The notes under the pieces: generated by a model
Database searches by the model: none
Seen by the model: the letters and a program-made list of their open reading frames with translations, nothing else
Told to the model about the DNA's origin: nothing
Part shown: positions 1-12,590 of the stretch, one piece after another
Layout of the letters: each line of letters begins with the position of its first letter
Numbering within the stretch: the first letter of the stretch is position 1
Assembly: GCF_006345805.1 (NCBI RefSeq)
Contig: NC_043009.1
Coordinates: 37,634,001-37,698,000, forward strand
DNA: 64,000 bases
Direction of reading: 5' to 3'
Source: Octopus sinensis
Lineage: Eukaryota
Program-made: the position numbers and the translations under genes

Positions 1-1648
1 CATGGAGCTTACAAAAATAATTTCAAGTGCAGACTTTGTCTATTAGAAAAAATGTACATCTTATTCAAAGACAATAATTCTTTGAATCAAAGAAGTGAGT
101 TAATGAACTTATGTAGGCACGCGGCTAAATTTAAAATGTCGAATATAAATATACCATATGGATAGAGTATATATTTTGTATTTTGATTTTGATTTTGACT
201 CTTAAACGATGAGCGCTACGATGGATTTTGTTTCCAAGGAATGCGGATCTTAATCCGTATAGCAAAGTCTTATGTTTCTACATATATATTAGGAAAAACC
301 TACAAACTTTGTTTTCATGTTATTGTATTGCATAGGATTACCTTGATTATTATATTACCTTGATTATTTATAAATGACCCAAAATAGGATGTTATATTTT
401 ATTTTATATGTCTTTCGTATATATTTTTATTAATGCACCCATTTTTTAAAAGCAATGTTTTTTAAAAAAAAGCAATGTTGTCAAAATTAGAATGTTTATA
501 TAAGTATGTGTATAGCAAAGCATATGTATTTGTAAGCATGCGTATCTGTGTATGTGTAAGTGAAAGTATGTTTGTGCTTAAGCACACGTATACACGACGG
601 TATGTATATGTATCCATTCAAACTTGTGTATGTATACTGGTCTCTATAGATGCCAATAGCATCGTTACACTGCTTGTATACATAAGTTTTTTTCCCCACC
701 CCTCCTTCGTTCCTTTTTCTCTCTTTCCCTTTCTTTCGTTCCCCCTCCTTGCTCAGTATATGAGAATTGCTACATAGATGAATTTTAGCTTGCGTGCGAG
801 ACGGTTTGCGTGAATATATGTACACATGCTTTTATGTGTATATTTAGATTCATATTCATACGTCTGTATATGTATGTATGGCGTTTATGCGCATCCTTTT
901 GTGTATGCTGATATATATATGTAGATTTTAATATAAATATGTATTGCAGTATTTATAACAGGTTTAATTTCTATGCATTAATTTGCACTGTCTTCATTAA
1001 CGTCAATAGGTTTTTTCCTCGGATTTTATAATTTTTATAAGTTTTTTTATATATATATACATATATTTTTGACCTTTTTGTTTATCGCTCGAAGATTGAC
1101 CGTTTTTTCTAAAGGGCCAATCAAACAAGTCCATTTCTTTTTAAAGGTGTAGCGTTTGTAAGAGTATAGATTGAATTGATATATCAGTTCCATTCTAGCA
1201 AAAACTGTCTGATGAACGGCAACGAGAAACTCAGAGTAACAGATTTTGTTGAATTTTCTGCTGCTTAAAATAAAGTATATATATATATATATATATATAT
1301 ATGGTAAAATGATTAATGATAGAAGGAGGAGGCATCTAGCAGTAAAAATCATGTCAAAAACATGAGAAACACCTGTTTTCTCTTGTGTATGGTAGATGAA
1401 GCACCACAATGAATAAGAATACAACATTGTGAGACTTGTTCAACCCAAGCTGGTATGACAAAGTGGTTATTCAAAAGTGATGACATACATTATTAGGTCT
1501 CAAATGTTATGGTCGCCATCTACTGTGCCTTAATGCAAGATTTATAACTCTATTTGCATTAGTTTACCTGACTGATAAAAGCAGGTTCTGTTTTTATGTT
1601 ACAGTTGAGTAAAAAGGTGCTAAGAAAGGTGTCAATTTATTATTATAT

Positions 1649-1945
1649 GCTGGTGGCACATAAAAAGCACCATCCGATCGTGGCCGTTTGCCAGCCTCGC
1701 CTGGCGGCACGTAAAAAGCACCATCCGACCGTGGCCGTTTGCCAGACTTGTCTGGCACCTGTGCAGGTGGCACGTAAAAAGCACCCACTACACTCATGGA
1801 GTGGTTGGGGTTAGGAAGGGCATCCAGCCGTAGAAACATTGCCAGATCAGACTGGGCCTGGTGCAGCCTTCTGGCTTCCCAGACCCCAGTTGCACCATCC
1901 AGCCCGTGCCAGCATGGAAAGCGGACGCTAAACGATGATGATGAT
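1649..1945 (+). mobile_element. RTE LINE 3'-end fragment (3 GGTGGCACGTAAAAAGCACC units, (GAT)n tail)
   Basis: Closely matches the 3' UTR of the ORF-bearing RTE copy at 36322-37753. Confidence 0.9.
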
Positions 1946-2263
1946 GCCATGCTTATATGGATGTATAATCAAAGTGGCTGAAAGAATTTAACTGTTCATC
2001 ACTAAGGGTTTATAACATACTAAATCTAATGAAGGAGACCTATAATTAAGTGTTTCAGCTTTCTCTTTCTCTCAGACATTGCATATCTAGGACTGACCAA
2101 TATCTCCTTCCTGGAAAGTGCAGTTTGAGGATTAATTAGAAGCTTCCTCATATTGGTGTGGTAGTTATCTTACATGTGTGTCACCTTCATAATATCATAT
2201 GCGAATCTGTTTGCTAAGTACAGTTCTTTTGTTTTTATACATTCTACCAATTCCATTTTTCAG

Positions 2264-2410
2264 GCTGATTCCACAGCCCCAGTGTCTTCCACTGCTGCAA
2301 ACACAGCTTCAGATCACCGAATGCCAGTAAAAGCAAGGTTGGGTATTCCAGCCCCTAACTTGCTCAGTCTTGATAATACAGGACCAAAGAAAACTGAATC
2401 TGGAGAGAAG
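2264..2410 (+). CDS. RBM26: RBM26/27 homologue, internal coding exon (ADSTAP...MPVKARLG...SGEK), 147 nt
   Basis: ttttcag|GCT acceptor and AAG|gtaaat donor. PVKARLG resembles the SVKERLG/SVKDRLG motifs of vertebrate RBM26. Splices in frame to the next exon. Confidence 0.85.
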
Positions 2411-2747
2411 GTAAATACAATTATTTTAAAATTGTTTTTATTTCAATGTTTTATTTGTTATTTGCTTTTATGTGTTTGGCTTGGTGAAACCCTTATTGTC
2501 ACCTTTGCTAGATTGACTGTTTCCCTCCATAGAGTCCTATATTTTCATATGCATGGAAAAAAATGTAAAACAACAATAGAAAAGAACTAATTAAATAATA
2601 TAACTAATTCATTAATCTGCTACCTTCATAAACCATTATATATCATATACTAATGTGCTGCCAATATTGTTAAAACATGACAAGTCATTTAAATGACACT
2701 TGCATTGTGTCGCATATTTGTCAAAGTTTCCTTCCAACTGTTTGCAG

Positions 2748-2960
2748 GCAGTTGTCTACACGTCCTCAGTGGGCCACTTAACAAAAACAGTATTCAATCC
2801 TGCAGCTATTAAGACAAAAACCACGTCTGTAACATCTACGACAACCACTACTACAACTACCACTACACCTTCTGTCTTGTCAAAAGTAAACTCTTCAGAA
2901 TCTCCTGCTAGCAAGACAGCAGAGCCAGCTGCAGTGAAAAAGGCTGGGGTACCCAAAATG
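2748..2960 (+). CDS. RBM26: RBM26/27 exon (AVVYTSSVGHLTKTVFNPAA...poly-Thr...GVPKM), 213 nt
   Basis: tttgcag|GCA acceptor and ATG|gtaagg donor. LTKTVFNPAA matches RBM26 LTKTVYNPAA. Confidence 0.93.
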
Positions 2961-3342
2961 GTAAGGATTTTTTTCTTTTTGTTTTGGTCTAAATGATTCA
3001 ATAATACATTTGAATAGACTGAGTAAACAATGTTTGTTGTTTTTTGTACAGCTTTCCTTGTTTATTGTGGATGTTTGGTTCCAAAAATGGACACCATGTT
3101 TAAAGAATTGGTGATAAAGGAATAGTAGTAGAACATATTGGGAAAATAGGTTTCATTCCAAGACCCCCACCCCCAATGTTAAGCACCCATATTGATATCA
3201 TTTCATGTTTGAAAAAATATTTGGAGCAAAATTTAATAGCTTATGATCAGTAGATAAAGTAACTGAAAAATATAACGAACAGAATCTTTGATTGTCACTT
3301 GTGTTATCACTGATCAATTTGTGAGTATCATAATCATAACAC

Positions 3343-3665
3343 CATCATCATCATCATCGTCATCAAGCATCTGTTTTCCATGCTGGCATAAATAGGGTGG
3401 TTTGACAAGAGCTGGCTGATCAGAGTTGTATGAGGCTCCAGTTGTCTGTTTTGGCATGGTTTTTATGGCTGGATGCCCTTTCTAATGGCAACCCGGAGTG
3501 TACTGGGTGCTTTTTATGTGACACCAGCATGGGAGCTTTTTACATGGTGCCAGCATGAGTGCTTTTTACATGGCGCTAGCATGGGTGCTTTTTATGTGAC
3601 ACCAGCATGAGTGCTTTTTGTGTGGAACCAGTATGGGTGCTTTTTACATAGCACCAGCACCCATG
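3343..3665 (-). mobile_element. Degenerate RTE 3' tail with a ~26-bp tandem array (about 6 units) of the UTR core motif
   Basis: (CAT)n start. Repeated GGGTGCTTTTTATGTGACACCAGCAT at about 3504-3660. Confidence 0.8.
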
Positions 3666-4139
3666 GGGTTACCAAGTAGCTTACAAGATAAGGATCTCTC
3701 AGCTGTGGGAGGGAGTGGAACTGAGAAAAGTGGCTGTGTGCCAGGTGAGAGTTTGGAGTATGATAGAGGGATAGAAGAGATACTTGGCAACCTCAGTTGG
3801 ATAAGGAAGCAGACGGAGGTGGGAAAGAGAGAAACAAGTCAGAGAGAGAGAGAGAGTGGTTCGGCGTACCCACAGGGAATTGTGGTGGGGAGTATTACAG
3901 AGGGGATAGAGAGGATGTTCTATAAGAATGTAAGGGAAGATATTTAGAGATAGCAAGTGATGGGGAGAGAAATTGGAGTGGCTAGCTGGCGGGTATGGTA
4001 GATATGTAAAAGCATGAAGAGTGGAAGGGCTTGTGGTGGATGGTGTGGGTTGTTGCGAAGTTTTGTCTGAGGAAAAGATTCTGTGTGAGGGGAAGAGGGG
4101 TATGGCCGTAAAGGACATGCCTGTATATATAGATGGCCA

Positions 4140-4900
4140 TGATTTTGCTTAGCTTGACGTGTCTTCTCAAACCCAGCAAATCACCTGAAGTCTTGGTCCC
4201 TTGTCATCTTGTATGAGGCTCAACATCCAAAGATAATTTCTCACCACTTCATCCCATGTTTTCCTGAGTTAGCCCTTCTACAGGTTCTCTCAGCAATAAG
4301 AGATCAGCACTTCTTTATGCAGTTGTCCTTTATCCATATGCATCACATGAACAGGTGACTGGCTGGTTTCCTGAAGTTAGTGATGCAGATCATAAGGTCA
4401 TTTGCATCACAGAACTTGAACAGCCTAGTACACTCCCCATTGCAGGAACCAACTCCATAACCTCCATGCTCCAATGGAAGTCACCTGGATGCTACCCAAC
4501 ATGCCCTTTGAAGTTACCATCCACAAGGAGGTTACTATCATTTGTTGATGGAGTTGTCTACAAAAGAGTGTCATAAAATTGATCTTTCTGTACAAATGGC
4601 AGTCCCAGTTGAGGAACATAGGCAGAAATAATAGTTTTTGTTCCACTTTGCAAAACTAGTCTAAGCTTAAGTATGCTATCACACACTCTGACTATCTTGA
4701 TTGTCTTATCAACTCATTTCTCATCAAGAAGCATGCCCGTTCCACCAACCCCATTGTTATTGCTTACCCAGAAGATTTTATATCTATATTCTTTGTCTGA
4801 GGAACCTGGTAGAAGCTCCCCTCCACCTTGAATGCATCGTTCTAGCATCTCAACAATCTCACCAGACCTACTTTTTGATGTGCCAACTATAAGGGTGAGG
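4140..4900 (-). mobile_element. Decayed RTE LINE: APE endonuclease remnant joined to ORF2 C-terminal remnant (large internal deletion)
   Basis: Minus-strand peptides AYVPQLGLPFVQKDQFYDTLL, GNFKGHVG and SGEIVEMLER resemble RTE APE. 4140-4350 resembles the RTE 3' ORF end. Confidence 0.75.
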
Positions 4901-6194
4901 AAGGGCTAGCAAGGAGGAACAGGAGAATAGCATTCTGCATCTAAAAAGAAAGTTTGCATGGACCTTTGCCAGACATATAAATTTCATATAAGTTATCCTT
5001 CATTTAATTTAACATCAATCATTCGTCTCAAACTTGCCACATCTACCAGTAAAAAGGGGCGTGGCATACACTGTTAATTATACAAAGATAAAATGGATAA
5101 AATAGCATCAATAATTAACCCACTGGCAAGCATACTTGTCACTTGACATATTTTCCATGCAAGCAAGCTAGCTATGCTGTTTTTATCTTGTACTACTGTT
5201 GCTGTGTGTGATCTGATGTTGGCAGGATAGAGCTTTTCATACAAGTTTCTGGTATAGAAGAGAGGTTCCAAGAGAAAGACTTCTGCTATAGGTGGTGGGA
5301 TGAGAGGGTGCAATTAAGCTGCATGGCAGAAACACTGATGAAGGAGGCCAGATAAGATATTCAACAAGCTAAAAGAGAAAAACTGAAACTTCTAAAATGA
5401 AAAAAACAAACATCAAACAAAATAGCATGAGAGGACAGGGTATACACATTCAGAATACTATAGAAGCAGTGATAAGATAATTGTCTCCAGTCAACATCAT
5501 TGACATTTTAATCCCTTTTTGTCAATGTCATCAGGCACTCAAAAGAATTTACTACATGGTTGCTCAACCTGCTCAAAATAGCAGTCAAATCTCCTAAAAA
5601 TCACATCTTAGTGTCATAGCTAAAGAAAAGATGTATTAGATAATATAGTCCTATTTGGGGATGATATATTTGGAATGCTATGGTTATGCTGGAACTGAGT
5701 TTCTAAACATAGATGTCTCACTCAGTGTCACAGTTTTCTCTAGAGTGGGTATTGAGGAAATGAGATGCCCTAATGATAAAGATACTGGCATGTTTAATCT
5801 CTCTCTCTCTCTCAATGCATCTCCCTCTAAATAATTTTTATTTAGAGGGAGAATGAATTTTATTGTTTGTACCTTAGCCTCTTTTTAAGGAATAAGTCAA
5901 ATTAGGCTGTGGAGTGGGGTGTGTGTAAATGATCCAAAAACATTTGTTATACAAATAATGGTCATCTATTAGTGAATTTTCCACTCTCTTTCGGAAGTGG
6001 GTTTATATATTGAAATAGTTGCAGAGCACATGATAATTGGAATTTTAGCTTAGAGAGTGGGTAATTCTAAAACTTAATTAGAGCTTGAGAAGCAGGTGCT
6101 TCATTTTTAATGGAACTTAAGCTTTTAGACATAAACTTGGACGAGAAACTTCTCTAAAATCTAGTGACTCGGTAGTATTATTAAATGTTGCTTG

Positions 6195-6600
6195 AGGCAC
6201 TGAGCTTGCAGAATTGTTTCCACATCAGACAAAATGCTTAGCAGCATTTCTATCAGCTCTTTACATTCTGAGGTCAGCTTTGCCTTTCATCCTTTCAGAA
6301 TCAAGAAAGTAAATACCAGTTGAACATTAGAGTGGATCTAATAGACTTCTCCCTCTCCTCAAAATTGCTGGTGCTTTTGCTAAAATTTTAAATAATTATT
6401 GAATATAATAGCATTGGAGAAAATGCTTTGTATTTGTTCTGGCTCCTTATGCTCCAAGTTCCAACCTTGTTGATGTTAAGTTTGTCTTTCATCCCTTTGG
6501 GGTTGATAAAGTTGCAGTCAAGTACTGGGATCCATTTTATCGATTAACTTCCTTCCCTAATAAATTTTAGGCCTTGTGCCTGTTGTTAGAATCCATTATT
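6195..6600 (+). mobile_element. Head-to-tail pair of tRNA-derived SINEs (family C: GAGCTGGCAGAA...GCCTTTCATCCTTT...AAGTACCAG...(ATT)n)
   Basis: Homologous to the copies at 10083-10540, 24472-24708 and 51312-51520. Confidence 0.8.
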
Positions 6601-6832
6601 TACTGTTGCGGCTCTTATTAAGTTAAATGAAGCCAGCTGACCAAGATATATATAATTTCACCTGTTTATTGGTAATATTAGGTGATGCATTAGCAGCAAA
6701 TCTTTCTCTTCAACATATCTGATTGTTGTAAAAAAAATTTTTTTCTCTTCTTTACTCTCAAACACACACACACATTCTCTCTCTCTCTCTCTCTCTCTCA
6801 CTCACTTTTGTTTTTTCTTTTACTCATTGTAG

Positions 6833-6901
6833 GACTCTATTTTGAAAAAAGTTCAGAAACAGAAGCGTGATCTGTTGTTAAGCTATGTCCAGCAGCAGCA
6901 T
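6833..6901 (+). CDS. RBM26: RBM26/27 exon, coiled-coil region (DSILKKVQKQKRDLLLSYVQQQH), 69 nt
   Basis: Pyrimidine tract, ttgtag|GAC acceptor, CAT|gtaagt donor. Phase 0-0. Aligns loosely with RBM26 LQQDVRKRKQEILEKHIETQK. Confidence 0.85.
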
Positions 6902-7353
6902 GTAAGTTCACTTGTTTATTTATCATCAACGTTGTTTGACATTATAAGTAATTTATAAATTGCACTTTTAAAAAAAAAAAAAATTTTCTTTTTGATCTGA
7001 GAATGGCTAATTAAACGAGACACCTGCTTCCCGATGATATAATCTTGGGTTCAGTCCCACTGTGTGACTACCTTGAGCAAGTATTTTATACTGTAGCCCA
7101 CGGCTGACCAAAGCCTTGTGAGTGAATTTGGTTGATGGAAAATGTGTGGAAGGCTGTCTTATATATTTGTGTGTGTACCCTTGTCTCGGCACCATTTGAT
7201 GGTTGTAAATGAGCGTCAGTGTTGTACAAGCGGTGTTGTTCATTTCCAGTCTTCCATTGGAAATATTACTTCTAAGATTGGTGAAGTTCATATGAGAGGT
7301 TCTCACATGGTAAATAACACAATATTCTGTGATCTTACAACATTCACTTTTAA

Positions 7354-7570
7354 CCCGTTAGCATTTAAACCGGCCATATCTGGCCAAAATATTTTACCTA
7401 TTTTATGTTCAATCTGGCCAGATCAGGCTTCTCCTACCCACCCTTAAATGTCATTCCAAAGATATACTATCACATCAAAATTTCAAAGCTACAATATAGT
7501 ACGTGATCAATTCGAAACAATGTGAATAAATAAATCTTGCATTTGACAAAGTAATCTGAATGCTAAAGGG
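7354..7570. mobile_element. piggyBac-like MITE (TTAA-CCCGTTAGCATT...AATGCTAAAGGG-TTAT)
   Basis: Terminal inverted repeats with TTAA-type flanks. A second, partial copy ends at about 12214. Confidence 0.75.
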
Positions 7571-8165
7571 TTATATATTACTTTTTGGTATTAATACTGT
7601 TTCTGTGGCTATTAATTATTTTTTAATAAGCCCACTGGCTATTTGCAACACCAGTGCCTGAATAGACACAGATTCTGTGTATATATATCACTGATAGAGG
7701 AATTGCTACTATCTCTAGTTGTAGACATCTACCATTGACAAGGCCAAAGAAGGCTGAAATCACATGAACTGGTAGTTCTGATGGCAGTAGCAGATGATTA
7801 TCTCCCTGCTAGCAATATAAATATGAGTGCCTATACTCACACTCATGGTAAATTATGCAGTATTCTGCGTTTTAAGTGGGGATAAATATTTATTAATGTT
7901 TTTGTAAATAGCACTTCTTTTCAAGACGTTAATACTCATGCCTTCCTTATGTCAAACATACTCAACAGAAATTTCCAAGATTATCAATTGATTTTTGTCC
8001 CTTACTACAACAGACATTTAAATTTACCATTTAAACTATGTGGTTCTTATTCAGTGGTTTTCTACATGCAGTCCCTAGATTTTGTTTTTATTATAAATAC
8101 ACTGTGAATGACCTCTGTCCAGTATATATATATATTTTTGACAAACTTCTTTTTTTTTCCGTCAG

Positions 8166-8228
8166 TTATTGAAAAAACGGTTGACAGACAAAAATATTTC
8201 AGCTGATACTAAGGGGAAAATTCTTAAG
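8166..8228 (+). CDS. RBM26: RBM26/27 exon (LLKKRLTDKNISADTKGKILK), 63 nt
   Basis: ttttccgtcag|TTA acceptor and AAG|gtaagt donor. Phase 0-0. Aligns with RBM26 MLISKLEKNKTMKSEDKAEIMK. Confidence 0.85.
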
Positions 8229-8439
8229 GTAAGTATATTTGATGTTTGTTGGTTGTTGTTAAACCTGATTTGAGCAAAGGTATGATCAGAGACATCTAGC
8301 AATGACAGCCCTCTATTTCAGATGTATATTTTTGACTATTTTTCACTATGTTTACAAACTTTTTTTGCTTTCTAAATAGATGTTAAATTCAAGCATTAGG
8401 TTGTGTAGGTAGCAGAAGCTGTCTACTACTTCTAGAGAT

Positions 8440-8960
8440 TGCCCACCTCTATTGGAGATGGTAGGAAGGGCAGATTGTTTGATCTTTGTGTATGAAGCAT
8501 GATGTTGCATAGTAGCAAAACATGAGCATTGGATGTGGAAGATATACTAAAGGCTGCAATGAAATAGGATGAGCATGTTCTGCTGGATGTGTACTATTTA
8601 GTGCGCATGAATGATGGAAGACTATGAACTGAAACAAAAACTGACTATAAGAGGAATAAAATATAGTGCACAAGAAAGAAAACTGCATTGGTATGGACGT
8701 GTAATGCATGTAGAGGATAAAAGGTAAAGAAATGTCAGGTAGTCTGAGTGGAAGGTATCTGGAAGAAGAAGACGACCAAGGTAGGTATACAAAGAAGTAG
8801 TTGGTGATAATCTCTGCATGTTCTGAAGGAGATGATGACAAAATGTAACAAGAGGCAAAAACGCTGTACTGGAGAAGATTTACCCTCCTTATCCAAGTAT
8901 GGAAAAACTACTGTAAAAATGATACTGATGAGAGCAATGGATGGCTATGTTGATTAGCAT
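8440..8960 (+). mobile_element. Decayed RTE ORF2 3' remnant
   Basis: LHWYGRVMHV-like motif at about 8685. Heavily disrupted. Confidence 0.55.
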
Positions 8961-9317
8961 ATCAGAGAACTGTCTAAGATGTCACCAATACTGTGCTTTA
9001 TCTGTGATCAAGATATGTCAGTGGGTGCTATAAAATAGCTATTATATATATACATATTCATTACTGTTAGCACTGTAAAGCTAATGAGTGAGATTTGTTC
9101 TTAGTACACGTCAGCAAAAGGGACTGATAGAATAAGTACTAGACTTGAAAATAATATAGTACTAGGGTTAGTGTGTTCAACTAAAACCCTTCAGTTCAGA
9201 GCCCAAGCATGGCCCACAGTCCAGTGAGTGAAACAAATGATAAAAGATTTCATAAATGTTTAATAGTCTGAAAAATCCTAACCGAAGTTACATTTGTGTT
9301 TTTGTTTGTAATGACAG

Positions 9318-9407
9318 GAAATTGACGATCTCCGAAATATCATCAAGAAGTTCCAAGAGGATCTTTTCCCAAAGAAAAAGTCAGAGGTTACCAAAACGAA
9401 GCCAGCA
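9318..9407 (+). CDS. RBM26: RBM26/27 exon (EIDDLRNIIKKFQEDLFPKKKSEVTKTKPA), 90 nt
   Basis: atgacag|GAA acceptor and GCA|gtaagt donor. Phase 0-0 with an open frame. Confidence 0.85.
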
Positions 9408-10082
9408 GTAAGTACTCTGCATATCATTTCTCTTTAATTTTTATTTACAAATTGCCACCAGAATCAATTCACCCTCACTCCTTGTAATTGTGGCGCAATA
9501 AAATAAAATATCAGTAAGACACTGGAGTTGATTCCCTTGTTTATAGCACTTGCTTTCTATCCTATCCACCATAAAACAGTTTTCTCCCATGTTGAAAGAA
9601 TGAATTATTAAAGAACAGGAGATTGGTAAAAACCGTAGAGCATTGAACAAAATGTCTTTCAGCATTTCGTTGAGACACTTCTTCACATTCTCAGTTTAGT
9701 TCATGTCAGGGTTAATATTGTCTTTCATTACTTTAAGGATTGGTAAAATAAATGTCACTCATGTACTGTGGCTGATTTTACTGACTGCTCCATTTACCAA
9801 ATTTGCGGCCTTGTACCAATGTTAGAAATCTTCAGTATTTGTTCCAGTTTTTTACATTCTGAGTTCAAATCCTACTGATGTTAATTTTGCCCATCCTTCC
9901 TCCAGCTTCAGTAACATAAAGTAAAAACGTGCTAATGAATCCATGGCCAACAGGCTGCTCTGCACAGTGGAAATGTGTGCATAAGCCTCAAAAGTGAAAG
10001 TAAAAAAAAAACGGTTGATATTAACTAAGCACCTCTTCTCAGAATTATTTGACTTGTGCCTAAATTAGAAACCATTATTATT

Positions 10083-10540
10083 AAGGTGGCATGCTGGCGG
10101 AATCATTAGCATGTTGGACAAAATGCTTAACAGCATTTCTTCCAGCTCTTTATGTTCCGATTTCAAATTCTGCCAAGATCAACTTTGCCTTTCATACTTT
10201 TGGGGTCTGTAAAATTAATACCAGTTCAGCACTGGGGTTGATGTAATTGACTTACTCTCTCCCCTAAGATTGCTTGCCTTGTGCCAAAATTCAAAACAGT
10301 TATTAATAAGATGGTGAACTGGCATAATCATCAGAATATCAAAAGAAATGCTTTGAGGTATTTTTTCTGGCTCTTTATGTTGTGAGTTCAAATCTGTGTC
10401 CAGGCCAACTTTGCATTTTATCTCTTGGGGGTCAGCAAAATAAAGTACCATTCAAGTACTGGGATTGATTTTAATTGACTTATCCCTCCCCATAAAATTG
10501 CTAGCCTTGTCCCTAAATTAGAAACAATTATTATTATTAA
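10083..10540 (+). mobile_element. Tandem pair of family-C SINEs
   Basis: Two consecutive copies, each ending in (ATT)n. Confidence 0.85.
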
Positions 10541-11280
10541 GATAAGCACAGGTGTAATTTAGCAGTTCAGGAAAAGAGTACTAGGTTAAAAAAAGTAAGT
10601 CGTGGGATCAATTTGTTTGACTAAAACCCTTTAAGGCAGTGCTCCAGCATGGCCATAGTCAAATGACTGAAGCAAGTAAAAGCGTAATATAGTGGAAATG
10701 ACCAAAACTCTGGAGTAAATCAAAATGAATTTATTTAGTGTCATCCTCAGTTTACATTTTATAAACCCTAATGCAGACTCTACTTTTCGTCCTTCTTCCA
10801 AAATAAATATCACTAATATTTTTATGACAGTCCAGTATACAAAGCTCTTACCTTAAGGTGGGAAGAATTAGTGGCATATTCATGAAAAAGAATTAAGTAT
10901 ATATAATTGGTTAACTTATACCAGCTGTTTTAATTAAACCTGAATGTTTTATCAAATTTGTTTATCATTAAGTATTGTTTTTCCTTTTTCTTTAGAACTC
11001 TGTTGCTTCTTTATACTCTCTAGAGGCTTACTCTGTTCTTTGGTTTTATTTTAAGAAAATCTGTAATTTGTTCTAAATCTGAAGAAGCCCATTTCTAATT
11101 AAAACGAATTGTTAAGTTATTGTTCAAGCAACTTTTTAAAATTACATGTCAAAACTTTTAAAGTTTACTCTGATTGTTTCCATTGAATAATTTACAAAAA
11201 AAATCAGCTGGCGTTGCTTGTTGAATTGAAAACTCTTGCTTTGACACTGATCGATTTGCTATGTTGTGGTGTTGTTACAG

Positions 11281-11418
11281 GTAACAATCCCGGGACCATC
11301 GAGTAGTCAGAAAACCCAAAAGGAAATCTTAGACACTGAGTTGGAATTAATCTCCAAGCAGAACAGTGGTGAAGACACGACTGACTTACGTAAAAAACTC
11401 ATAGAACTTACACAAGAG
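11281..11418 (+). CDS. RBM26: RBM26/27 exon (VTIPGPSSSQKTQKEILDTELELISKQNSGEDTTDLRKKLIELTQE), 138 nt
   Basis: gttacag|GTA acceptor and GAG|gtgggc donor. Matches RBM26 QKELLDTELDLYKKMQAGEEVTELRRKYTELQLE. Confidence 0.95.
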
Positions 11419-12590
11419 GTGGGCAGTTGTTGTCCTTTCCAATCCTAGAATTGTCTGTAAGAATGAAGAGTGATCAAGAGGCTTGCCAAAAATTGTTTTT
11501 ATTAATGCATGCTGCTATAATTCTTGCAGCCAGTGTGTATTTTTATTGGTTGTTATTTGTGCAGTGTCACTAGATGGGATAGAAGGTGGTGTTTGTTTGT
11601 TTTTTGTGGGGATGTTTTGTTGTTGTTTTTAGGGTAGGTTATTGCCTTTGATGTTTAGCATTTTGTTGATCCAGAAAAGCTAGCTAAGTAATTGGATGGT
11701 GTACTGAATTTGTTATCCTATTTAATGATTTAATGCCATCATCTGGCCCTTGAGTGCCTTTTACAGACTTCATTCTATTGCAAACATTCGGACCATATCT
11801 TTTGTCTGAAGATAACTCAGTATCTTGATGCACCACGTCCTACTGAAGCAATCCATGAATTGAGGTATCTTCTCCTCACCCTCCCCACCCGGCCCTGCCA
11901 AAAGGTCATTAGCACTGTCCTTCTTCTGACAAAGCCTTGAAGAAAATAACTTCTTTGTCAATTACTCCACTGTAAAGTTTTATGCTATTGTTATATTGTC
12001 AGAGCCAGATACCTCAGAATCTCTGTTAGGCCCAAATTATTCTACGTGTTTTATGTCCAAACCTGGCCGGATTCGACCTCTCACACCTACCCTACAATGT
12101 CATTCAAAAATATACAACCATATTGAAATGTCAAAGCTATGAGATAATGCATGATTAATTCGAAGCAATGTGAATGAATAAGCATTACATTTTACTAATC
12201 TGAATGCTAAAGGGTTAATATCACCAGCCAACGATCACTGGGGATGTTATCAGTGATATACTCCCAAAGCCCTATGTTTAAGGAACTTGGCAACACCCTC
12301 ATGATTGCAGAAAGAACCATAGCAATGGAGCAGTGTATTTGTACAGAAGTACCTAGTGAGCACAGTATGTTTTCAAAAATGTACAAGTATATTGGAGACA
12401 CACTTGTGATAGAACTTAAGAGATTTTTTTTTTTTTAATTCCTCTTGAAATTTTTTCTGTAAATTTGTTTTTTGTAAATAACAAAAATATCATAAAGTGT
12501 TGTTGGTACATATATAATTAATGTTTAATTTCTTTAATACTGGCTTTGTTTAAAAAAAAAAAATTTTTTAAATTCCCTGTTGTTTTTCAG

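Noticed and set aside
3700-4130. Purine-rich block with ORFs on both strands
   Set aside because: No recognisable motif. Probably a decayed retroelement, left unassigned.
11770-11850. Antisense peptide WCIKILSYLQTKDMVRM, resembling an F-box motif
   Set aside because: A stop follows immediately, there is no convincing splice donor and no partner exons. Likely chance.
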